DNA of 15,965 bases, taken from positions 1-15,965 of the forward strand of contig JBLFWS010000067.1 in NCBI GenBank assembly GCA_047611865.1. Reading direction: 5' to 3'. The notes under the pieces are model-generated. The model was not told where the DNA came from and searched no databases. It saw only the letters and a program-made list of their open reading frames with translations. This document shows positions 1-8,292 of the stretch, piece after piece. Both the position numbers and the translations under genes were made by a program. The DNA comes from Chlamydiales bacterium (lineage in GTDB: Bacteria; Chlamydiota; Chlamydiia; Chlamydiales; JBDQID01). Within the stretch, counting starts at the first letter, position 1. Each line of letters begins with the position of its first letter.

Positions 1-285
1 ACAGGATTGCAAAGTATCGGCCCTTGCTAATGCCTGGTATGGAGTTGTTAATGGAGTCCTACAAACTAGGGGATTAGGAGAAAATCTGGGGGTCTGAACT
101 GTACTTGTACTTGTCTGTAGTTTGGCAATCATGACCCATCCCTTTGTTATGATCTTGATTATGAACTCTATGATATCAGATGTCGGTCAAGGCCTAATTA
201 AGGGGATATTAAAATTGTGTGAACGCATTTCTCTGGGAGAGTGTCTGAATTAGCTCGAATATCGGGGGGTAATTAGCGTTCAGGT

Positions 286-328
286 AAAAAAAAAGTCCGT
301 CAGAGCTAGAGCTGGCGGACTTTTTTTT
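286..328. terminator. Bidirectional rho-independent terminator
   Basis: A9 (286-294), stem GTCCGTCAG (295-303), 8-nt loop, stem CTGGCGGAC (312-320), T8 (321-328). It lies about 25 bp beyond the NTT stop codon and has U-tracts on both strands. Confidence 0.9.
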
Positions 329-352
329 GACTAAATGCTATGAGTCTTCAGT

Positions 353-1957
353 TTAAGCTGTTTCTGCTTGGGGCATGGCTTCTTCTGTAGAATGTAGCTC
401 ACCTTTTTGCTTAGCAGCTTTCTCGCCAACAGAGACATGATTCATGATACCAGTATCGTTGAGAGCTTCAAATTGCTTGCTAAGAGACCCAATAGCGGAG
501 ATCCATATACAGCAGGCAATGAGAATTATGATCCCTATATAGGGTAAGCAGGCTACCGTTGAGGAAAAAGTGATGAAGAGCACCTGTAGCAAGAGCGATC
601 CACCAGATTTACCCATACGAGATCCCAAGCCGTCAATCGCAGCTTTACCTTTAAATCGAGCCTCAGGACTCAAGGGGATGAAGGCCATCTCCTTGGTATC
701 ATCATATACCGTGTACTTTGCTGCGCGGCTTAAGCCATTCTGTAGAGACCCAAAGAACACAGTCATTGCAAGAGGTGACATCCCGAGCAATGCCAGAACC
801 GGGTTCATGTCTCCGGGTTGTCGCTTCAGATACAGGAAGTAAAAGAAGCCTAGCCCAGTAGAGATGATGATCCCTGGGGTCACGTATGCGGAAAAGCGCC
901 AGCCGAAGTGGCGGATAACATTTCCGGAGATGAAGTAGGAGGTGAAAGTAGCGAGAAGGCCAATATAAAGGGTTACTTCGCTCATATAAGCGGTGTAATC
1001 GCTGGAGTTTGGAAAGAGTTCCTTTAGCTGAGTCTTCCACATTACTTCGGTAAGGTTTATCACTAGATTATAAGCCAGTACGATAACCGTAATACACATG
1101 AGGTATTTAGAGCTGAAAAGGTAGGAGAGGCTCCCCGTCAGTGACATTTTTTCCTTTTTCCCCTTTTTAGGAGAGTCCAAGGGGATCTTGCCCTTTAGGC
1201 TGGAATCGGTGAAAACATAGAGGTTGAGGTAGCGGAATAGCCCCATAGACACTAATCCGATCAAAATGACGATGCAAACGAAAAACGAAAGGGTCTGGTC
1301 CCAATTGGAGCTGCCGTCACTAAGAGTTTTCATGGATGTGGCCAGTTGCATACCTACATATCCTGCTGCGATACCAGCGGAGTTGATGCCGACACCAAAC
1401 AAGGCGTAGAAGCGTCTCGACTGTTTGACGGTGATAACATCATTGGCAAATCCCCATAAAAGGAGGGATACCATGATATTACTCCAGGCGTCAGAGAAGA
1501 CATAAAAGAGTGAAAATACCCAATAGCGGATGATGGAGATGAAGCCGCCCATTCCTGCAGGAAGATGGACTTCCAGGAAGTTTGCAAATGTGTGGGGGCA
1601 TAAACTCTCTCTCAGTGGATACAGTACGCAAACAAAAAGGGTGTAAAAGGCAAGAAATGTTCCTGTCATTACGTAGAATATGTTCTCTCTAGTAAACCAA
1701 TTGGCCAAACGGGTGTAATAGATAGTGAGCATAATGGCAGTGGGCATAACAGCCCAAACCTTTAGAAAGGGGATAGCCTCAGCACCGGACTTGGGAGCGG
1801 TGACGATAAGGGCATCTTTTGCAATGCGAAGAAGGTGATAGTTAAAAAGGATAAGAAAAAAAAGAAGAAACATTGGAATGAACTTTTTAAGTTCATGCCC
1901 ATGAATTGGCCAAAGAAACGAACGAAGCTTACTGAACTCTGGGGTTTCTAGTTTCAT
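353..1957 (-). CDS. ntt: TLC/NTT-family nucleotide transporter (ATP/ADP translocase family; possibly Npt2-like)
   Basis: 534-aa polytopic membrane protein with family motifs FLWPIHGHELKKFIPM, FNYxxLRxxKD, GAEAIPFLKVW, WGFAN, INLTEVMWK, KYxxxDxTKEMAFIPL, KGKAAIDG and GKSGG. Strong SD AGGAGGT (1967-1973) 9 nt upstream of the ATG. Confidence 0.97.
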   Translation of the reverse strand: MKLETPEFSKLRSFLWPIHGHELKKFIPMFLLFFLILFNYHLLRIAKDALIVTAPKSGAEAIPFLKVWAVMPTAIMLTIYYTRLANWFTRENIFYVMTGTFLAFYTLFVCVLYPLRESLCPHTFANFLEVHLPAGMGGFISIIRYWVFSLFYVFSDAWSNIMVSLLLWGFANDVITVKQSRRFYALFGVGINSAGIAAGYVGMQLATSMKTLSDGSSNWDQTLSFFVCIVILIGLVSMGLFRYLNLYVFTDSSLKGKIPLDSPKKGKKEKMSLTGSLSYLFSSKYLMCITVIVLAYNLVINLTEVMWKTQLKELFPNSSDYTAYMSEVTLYIGLLATFTSYFISGNVIRHFGWRFSAYVTPGIIISTGLGFFYFLYLKRQPGDMNPVLALLGMSPLAMTVFFGSLQNGLSRAAKYTVYDDTKEMAFIPLSPEARFKGKAAIDGLGSRMGKSGGSLLLQVLFITFSSTVACLPYIGIIILIACCIWISAIGSLSKQFEALNDTGIMNHVSVGEKAAKQKGELHSTEEAMPQAETA

Positions 1958-2118
1958 TGACCAATGACCTCCTGTTTACAAATTCGTTGAACAGGATACC
2001 GTAGGACAGTGGGGTTTGCCCTAGGTTGTAGTGGAAAGCTCTTACGCACGAAAAAACTCCTTTAACAAGAGAGTAACTTTTATGTTAGAAACTAGATTTT
2101 TAAAATCCAAAACTCCAT

Positions 2119-2147
2119 ATTATAAACAAAGCTATTTTAAAAGTCAC
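2119..2147 (-). promoter_or_regulatory. Putative sigma66/sigma70-type promoter for ntt
   Basis: The minus strand reads GTGACT-N17-TATAAT about 160 bp upstream of the ntt start. The region is AT-rich, so a chance match is possible. Confidence 0.45.
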
Positions 2148-2313
2148 GAGCTTAGTCTATTTAATTAAATATTATATACATAGATAGTAATAGGGAGGCC
2201 GAAAAAGGGGGTGTTTTTAAAAATAAAATATATCCCTTGGGAATTGATCATACACACGATATCTTCAAGAATAACCCCATCTAACCCCGTTATCAGCTTG
2301 CTCATCTTTTGAG

Positions 2314-2850
2314 TTAGCTTGTCCGAGCCTTGCGGAAACCGTCTTCAGATCCATATTTAGCCACAAGTTGATTAACGCGCTCACAGAGTTCATCCTCATT
2401 GTGGATATAAAGTCCTTAAGAAGGGGACACCTTCTCCTTTGAGGGTAGTATTTTTTTGGTAGTTGATTTTTGAAACTCAAGAAATTGAAGAGTAAATGGC
2501 GCTTACTATGAGTACAAAGGCGATCAAGGGTTTCTACAGAGTGCTCAAAAGGAAGAAGAGGTAGTGTTCTAAAGTTGAAAATGACGTCGAAATCACGTGA
2601 AACACAGGGCAGGGACTTCGCTATGTTATTTACTTGAAAGAGACGCCGGCTGTCGGGATTGTTTTCAGGGTGTGAGCGACGGATTTTTCATTGATATTGA
2701 AGCCTGTAATAGACTAGAAAAGCTTTTTATCATGCTTCTTTTCCATAGACATTAAATGGCGTAGGAAAAGAGTCTCAATGTATCTTGCATGAAGAATTTT
2801 ACTATTGGAATCCAGGAGTTTCTTAGAGAAAGTAGCCTTCAAAGACTTCT
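2314..2850 (-). pseudogene. Probable decayed class I SAM-dependent methyltransferase
   Basis: Stitching three minus frames gives ...LLDSNSKILHARYIETLFLRHL...LF*SITGFNINEKSVAHTLKTIPTAGVS/FQVNNIAKSLPCVSRDFDVIFNFRTLPLLPFEHSVETLDRLCTHSKRHLLFNFLS/...*GLYIHNEDELCERVNQL...RTS*. The order resembles MTase motif I (degenerate ILDAGCGxG), motif II (TGFD/NI), LP..FDVI and beta5. In-frame stops at 2714-2716 and 2416-2418 plus two frameshifts. Confidence 0.5.
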
Positions 2851-2971
2851 ACGGAGTTGTTTGTTTTTCTCATCCTAGACCTCATACATTTTAGTTGACG
2901 GAATACTAACAAAAGAATTGAATAGTCCGACTTATCAAACGCTCTTGAAGCGACTATAATGAGGGACAATC

Positions 2972-5413
2972 ATGACGGTCAATGTATTTAACTGTACCTG
3001 TAATGGCGATTTTAACATGCAAGGCTGGAATATAGGTAAGGTATGTGGGTTTGTCTGCCCTTGCTGTAAGTCAAATGCCTATGACAATTCAAGAGTGGTT
3101 TTTGATAACGAAGCAAATGGATTTGTGACAAAAAGCGCAGGGTGGGGTGGCAAACCTCAGGAAGCTAATCAGGCAGCTTATCAGGAGCTGTTAACAAAGG
3201 GCGCAAACAGGAAACCTCCAGAAGAAGGAATTACATCTGCGGTGGTCCTGGCACTAAACGCCTCCGGAGAAAACCTCGAAGAACGCTTTGCTCAAGCAAA
3301 GCCATTACGAGGGCGAATAGTGAATAGATTTAGGGAGTGCCAGAATGAAATCGAAAGTCTTTACGGGATGTACCAGAAGGTCTTTCAGAAGCAGACAATA
3401 TGTTCAGATGACATGAACAGTCTCGCCATGAAAGTCACAAATTGGGATTTCTTTGCGGCAGCGGCATACTTAAGTCAAAAAAATGAAAAAATCTTACGAA
3501 TGGTTCCCGGACAAGATTACGACAGGCAGCCAAGCTTTGGAGATCTCTATGACAACAATCGTGTGATGGAGAATCCTTTAAAAGAAAAGGTCCAATCCTT
3601 TTTTAAGCGTGTACTTTGGGACAGGAATTCCTTGAAGGAGATGCTGGAACCTGCGGCTGCGAGGATATACGAAGATATCACAGAGTCAGTAGTAGATCCT
3701 TATGACCCAAGATGGAAAGAGAAGAAACACGAGATCTTGTTTAAAGTCTTGAATGTGGTAGCCATGCGTCTTACAGGAAAAGCCACGGAGGAGGAAGAAG
3801 AGCAGGCAATGGAAGGGCTGGTGAGCTCCATGCAGGTGCAGATTGAAGGGACTGTAAGCTTTGATCCAAATGACATGCCCCACATCGATACTGATGATGA
3901 AGAAACCATGAGAAAGGGGCGTCTCGAGAGTATCCACGGTATGTTGATTAGAAGGGAATCTTTTAGGCCTAAACAAGCTACAAATAAGGACACTTTTGAT
4001 GACTACTTGTACTACCTGAATAAACGCTACGGAGCCGATATAACAGATATAGGACTTTTACTTCTACCCTTCGTAGATAGGGAAGGGCTAGATCTTATAC
4101 ACATAAGAGGGCAGCCTCTGACGGTACTTCATACGGAGAAAACAGAATTCATTCTTGGGCGTGTAAGCACCCTCTATAGATCTGTGATGGCAGACGTCAT
4201 GCAAAACCTAATCGAGTTGGTTTCTGATATAGACCGCAATGGGTATGATGAGGCAGAAATAGAGGGTCAGATATCTACACTGTTTACCATGACAGAAAGG
4301 CACGCACTTTTTGGGAATTTTTTTTCTGGACATCATGAGTTGCTTGAAGAGATACGGAAGGCAAATATTAAGGTTGAGGAGTTCAAAGAGAAAATCTGGG
4401 ACCTGGGAAGAGAGCTTGTAAAAATATCCAAGCCAAACATAAAAAAATGGAATCGGAAAATAGATAAGTCCCTGTCACCAGAAGAAAGAACGGTATTAAC
4501 CTATCGTTTTGATATAGACGAACTGGGTGTGTTGTTTCAGGATATTGCTAAGATGGAAGAGCGCTTTCATCAAGCATTCACCGATGGTAAGTCAGCATAT
4601 AGAAGGCTAAAACCGATTTTTACAAAGATACATTTGGCAGCCGAAGCAAGTGAGTGGAGCCGTATTATCCACGATTCCGAACTTACCCGTAAGGAAACGA
4701 AAGACTTTGGAGGGATCTTTTATGACGAAGGAGTTCAGAGTGTTTTTGAGAGGATAGACGATTTTGATACTAAGCTATTTTCTATTAACAGAATTCTATT
4801 TCTGGAAAGACCAGTAGCACAGAAGAATTTTTATTATGCCTGTAAGAAAATTTATCAGGATATTGGGGATCAATACGATCAGTTTTATAACGAAGAACTT
4901 AAAGAAGAGTTTGGCACGGCCAAACTGGAAGTGGGTTTCGCGCTCTTTAATTTAAAGTACGATTATAACATCGATAAAGAATTGCGGAAAGATTTAACAG
5001 TGGAATACAGAGAAACAGTTCTTAAGCTTATGAACCTCGTGAATCGACACTATCCGATAATGGAAAGGTTCTACCATAACATATGTTGCAACTGTAAAAT
5101 GGACGGGCCAGCCAACCCCCTTACCCCATCCCAGCAGGAAATACTCGACCTATACGCTAAAAAAGATACGTTTGACGAAGTTCTCAGAGAATGTCAGAAG
5201 TTGTCACGGGTTTCACCAACGATACTACGCAGGCTATTTAAAAGCGCCCTGGCAGAAAGTGGTGAGCTAGACCTACTCAAACTATTTAAAATTAAACGGC
5301 GGCAAAGGCCACACATCGCAGAGGCAGAAGAAGATGAAAAAATGTCTCGCGGGAAATTACTAAGAGGGCAAACCCTGGACTACAACAAAGTTACTGCAGC
5401 AATAGAAATATAG
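2972..5413 (+). CDS. Hypothetical protein, 813 aa, likely helical, with Cys clusters near the N-terminus and in the C-terminal part; candidate secreted effector
   Basis: Long uninterrupted ORF with SD-like GAGGGA at 2961-2966. No recognisable enzyme motif. Confidence 0.9.
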   Translation: MTVNVFNCTCNGDFNMQGWNIGKVCGFVCPCCKSNAYDNSRVVFDNEANGFVTKSAGWGGKPQEANQAAYQELLTKGANRKPPEEGITSAVVLALNASGENLEERFAQAKPLRGRIVNRFRECQNEIESLYGMYQKVFQKQTICSDDMNSLAMKVTNWDFFAAAAYLSQKNEKILRMVPGQDYDRQPSFGDLYDNNRVMENPLKEKVQSFFKRVLWDRNSLKEMLEPAAARIYEDITESVVDPYDPRWKEKKHEILFKVLNVVAMRLTGKATEEEEEQAMEGLVSSMQVQIEGTVSFDPNDMPHIDTDDEETMRKGRLESIHGMLIRRESFRPKQATNKDTFDDYLYYLNKRYGADITDIGLLLLPFVDREGLDLIHIRGQPLTVLHTEKTEFILGRVSTLYRSVMADVMQNLIELVSDIDRNGYDEAEIEGQISTLFTMTERHALFGNFFSGHHELLEEIRKANIKVEEFKEKIWDLGRELVKISKPNIKKWNRKIDKSLSPEERTVLTYRFDIDELGVLFQDIAKMEERFHQAFTDGKSAYRRLKPIFTKIHLAAEASEWSRIIHDSELTRKETKDFGGIFYDEGVQSVFERIDDFDTKLFSINRILFLERPVAQKNFYYACKKIYQDIGDQYDQFYNEELKEEFGTAKLEVGFALFNLKYDYNIDKELRKDLTVEYRETVLKLMNLVNRHYPIMERFYHNICCNCKMDGPANPLTPSQQEILDLYAKKDTFDEVLRECQKLSRVSPTILRRLFKSALAESGELDLLKLFKIKRRQRPHIAEAEEDEKMSRGKLLRGQTLDYNKVTAAIEI

Positions 5414-5450
5414 AGGTAGTCAGGGGGGGCTATACCCCATGCTACCGCCG

Positions 5451-5492
5451 ATACCAATACCAATACCAATACCATTACCAACACCAACATCC
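5451..5492. repeat. Hexanucleotide tandem repeat (ATACCA)4 plus 3 degenerate units
   Basis: ATACCA x4 (5451-5474), then TTACCA, ACACCA, ACATCC. Confidence 0.9.
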
Positions 5493-5542
5493 TTGGGGCT
5501 TTGCCCCAAACCCCACCAAAGGGCCAGCCCTCTGGACTCCCC
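5493..5542. repeat. REP-like GC-rich double-hairpin element
   Basis: Perfect 7-bp stem TTGGGGC-TTT-GCCCCAA (5493-5509) followed by CCAAAGGGC-CA-GCCCTCTGG (5516-5535). A degenerate copy GGGGC-TAT-ACCCC sits at 5426-5438. Confidence 0.6.
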
Positions 5543-5728
5543 TGTAGTGCCTGAACACTCGTGGCGTCGTTATCCCATGCATTACTTTTTTCTGCACTCG
5601 ATGAACTCCGTTCCTCTCGCCAAGCAGTCAGCACCATTGTTCCAATGGTACTGAATAGTTCCACCTCCGGTGGTGTGACGATACCTGTCAGAATATGAAT
5701 CTATACAAAGAACAATTGTACTAAAAAA

Positions 5729-7636
5729 TTAGTCAAGTTCCTGAAGATTTAGTTCTTCGAGGTCACTGCGGATGTTGCGCTCAGACCTTTTTGGCTTCTG
5801 GGAGGTAAGGATAGTTCCTTGGGGAGTGTGAACTTTTAGTTGGCGTTTTTTGTCTATTAAGCGGTTGGTGGCCTGAATGAGTTGCTCCACAGCTGAGGCA
5901 GAGATTTGGGTGCCTCGAAGATCCAGAGTTTTTAGCGTTTTAAGACTTTCGCTTTCAATCAGAGACCTAATGCTTAGATCTGTAAGAAAACGTGCATTGC
6001 TTAGGTCCAAGACGGACAGGTTTTCTAAAGAAGAAACAAACCTAAGGGACTCGTCAGTAATATATTGTAGGTTGCTCATATCCAGAAAAGAGATATTTTG
6101 GGCTTTTGCTTTGAGTACCTGTACCAAAAGGGCAACGCTACTGTCTGTAGTGGTAAATTCGTTGGATGGAAACTTGAAAACGGTTAACAGAAACAATCCT
6201 GAAACAAGCGGATCGGGAATATGCTGGATGCTTCGTAAAAACTCATCAGTCCTGTTTCCTTTGACGGTTTGATTCATCGCTTGAAGTTTTTCTCTTAGAA
6301 CTTTCGTAGAGGGTTTCCTTTTTTTTATCTCACCATCGATTTCTCTTGCGATAGCATTTGTAGAGCTTAAAGTTTTTTGACAAGACTCCAAATCCTCTTC
6401 TACGCTTTCAAGATCGGGATATATGGTATAATATTGTTTTATAGATTTGATAAGGTTGACCACATCGTTGGAAGTGTTAAGCCCCCGATTCATAGTCATG
6501 CGGAGATTTCCAAGTGCTGTGAGGAGCTCTTGGGGATGCACGCCTCCAGTGTCATTAAGGATCTCTTCTATCTCAGTGACAGCACTTTTTAGTACTTCAC
6601 CTTTATTGTTTAACTTTGCAGAGATGTCGGCTAGAAACTTGGTAAGTAAGTTGATTTTCCCTTCCCAGTTATCCCCACCCTGTACGCCGTTACTTATGGC
6701 GTACTGTTCAGATAGTCTTTCGACACAAGAGTTAGAGAGCTTGTTGCATTGGTAAATATTCCATAGGAGTATGATGTTCTGACGTGAGATTTTTTCAATG
6801 GCGCTATCAGTGATGTTGTAGCAGCCAGGGATAGAAAGCATCTTTAGGCTGAGATTAGGATGAACTTGCTTGGCATCCCTTAACCCTTGAGCAATTCCCT
6901 CCCCGGTGAAGTTTATATTGTCACAGTCCAGAAATGCCAGGTGGGTAAGTTTTGGGTATTGAGATATCAGGTTGGAAATAAGATCTTTTGCCAAGGTGTC
7001 ATCAAGTAAGGGGGATTTAATTGTTAGGTATAGTCCATAACGACTGCCTTGTACCTTGATGTATTGCCTGACAGGACAACCTGACGGGGAAAGGAGGCTA
7101 TTGACCCTTTGGTTGAATTTACACATGTCGTCTTCGGTGTAGGTTTCAGCAATTCGAGCAAGTCGAGAACAGACGAATCGAAAAAGATGATTAAAGTGTC
7201 GATGAGCTCTAGCATTGTCTGTGGGAGTTGTTTCAGAATGAGAAACGGAATCTATAATTCCGGAACCCCGTCTTTGAATCACGGTGTCTCGGGAGTCGGA
7301 AGCTTGAGTAAATCTTGTTAGGTCGGACCTTTTTGAAAAAGATGAGATGCGACATTTTCTGGAACCATTTTTGCTGTTTGTAGAGGTGGAGGAAGGAGGC
7401 TTGGGGGTGTTGATAGGGGATGGAGGACGTCGTATGGAAATAGGTGTGGGAGGGGATTCATCTAGATTAATAGGCTCTCCGTTGAATAAGAGACTTAAAG
7501 CTATATCCTCAACATTTGCCCTTGAGGGATCTAAAAAGGGAAGTGGTGTGTCGCTTGAATCGGAGTCATAAGAGTTGTTACGTGGGGAGCTTGTTTGTGA
7601 TGCCGCTGGGGATGCACTGAGATCTGATAGGGACAT
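5729..7636 (-). CDS. Leucine-rich repeat protein (Cys-containing/F-box-LRR-type repeats) with Ser/Pro-rich N-terminus; candidate effector
   Basis: 635 aa. LRR units LTHLAFLDCDNINFT, LKMLSIPGCYNITD, WNIYQCNKLSN, ISFLDMSNLQYITD, LSVLDLSNARFLTD and LKTLDLRGTQIS. The first ~140 aa are S/P/T-rich and low in complexity. Confidence 0.9.
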   Translation of the reverse strand: MSLSDLSASPAASQTSSPRNNSYDSDSSDTPLPFLDPSRANVEDIALSLLFNGEPINLDESPPTPISIRRPPSPINTPKPPSSTSTNSKNGSRKCRISSFSKRSDLTRFTQASDSRDTVIQRRGSGIIDSVSHSETTPTDNARAHRHFNHLFRFVCSRLARIAETYTEDDMCKFNQRVNSLLSPSGCPVRQYIKVQGSRYGLYLTIKSPLLDDTLAKDLISNLISQYPKLTHLAFLDCDNINFTGEGIAQGLRDAKQVHPNLSLKMLSIPGCYNITDSAIEKISRQNIILLWNIYQCNKLSNSCVERLSEQYAISNGVQGGDNWEGKINLLTKFLADISAKLNNKGEVLKSAVTEIEEILNDTGGVHPQELLTALGNLRMTMNRGLNTSNDVVNLIKSIKQYYTIYPDLESVEEDLESCQKTLSSTNAIAREIDGEIKKRKPSTKVLREKLQAMNQTVKGNRTDEFLRSIQHIPDPLVSGLFLLTVFKFPSNEFTTTDSSVALLVQVLKAKAQNISFLDMSNLQYITDESLRFVSSLENLSVLDLSNARFLTDLSIRSLIESESLKTLKTLDLRGTQISASAVEQLIQATNRLIDKKRQLKVHTPQGTILTSQKPKRSERNIRSDLEELNLQELD

Positions 7637-7985
7637 GAGAGGACCTTTTTATTATTGGAATGGACATATGGGGCTTGAATGTATAAAAAAATCTAAATTA
7701 AATGTAACCCCGAATTGTGATCTCAATGGAGTTAACTTAAGAGAAAATTAAAAAATCAGAACGTTTTAATTGTAGGCAGGATTACAGGATAGGCAGGATA
7801 GATAGATCTGAGTGGTATTGTATTCGATTTTTAGCTTGAATAAGTTCTCAAAATTTTAGAAAAACGTTTGGCTTTTAATTCAGAAATTCCACAAAAAAAA
7901 TGTCCGTCCTGTCCCTGTTTTAAATTTGTCAATTCGATTGATTTGAAAAACTCTGTTAAATAGAAAACTGTCTCAAGATAAGCTT

Positions 7986-8211
7986 CAGCAATTCCCGGTG
8001 TTATTTTTAGACCTTGAAAAAGCTAAAAAATCCCCCTCTTTTCTCTCGAGAAGGGGGGTGTTTTAAAATCATTTCCGCAGCAAAGTTTCTGGTTTAAAAT
8101 TTTTCTTTAAATTCCTCAGAGTCCATTGTGAGTTTCTTTTTGTTTTTTTAGAGTGTCTCTTTTAATTTATAACACCTTTATTATCAAAGTCAAAAACACC
8201 GGGAATTGCTG
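7986..8211. mobile_element. MITE (non-autonomous IS derivative), 226 bp
   Basis: Perfect 17-bp terminal inverted repeats CAGCAATTCCCGGTGTT (7986-8002) and AACACCGGGAATTGCTG (8195-8211), directly flanked by the identical 9-bp direct repeat GATAAGCTT (7977-7985, 8212-8220). No internal transposase. Confidence 0.92.
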
Positions 8212-8292
8212 GATAAGCTTTAACGATGTTTACAGGAAATGGAAGCTCTGGTATGTGAATTTCACATTTGTTCACATAGAAAAGGAAATGAA

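Noticed and set aside
570..1587. Short ORFs overlapping ntt
   Set aside because: Antisense or alternate-frame shadows of a well-supported gene.
2265..2480. 71-aa ORF containing DLKTVSARLGQAN, resembling the tyrosine-integrase box II (DLKTVSxRLGHAN)
   Set aside because: It lacks the catalytic His, the upstream HxLRH and the downstream Tyr context. An overlapping frame is better explained as the end of the MTase-like pseudogene.
2932..2960. TTATCA-N17-TATAAT promoter-like match before the 813-aa gene
   Set aside because: The implied start site would fall at or after the SD sequence, and the -35 match is weak.
5380..5664. ORFs 5380-5664 (-) and 5439-5654 (+) with LVLVLV and PIPIPI runs
   Set aside because: The low-complexity peptides are translations of the ATACCA microsatellite and GC hairpins. 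Neither ORF has an SD or a family motif.
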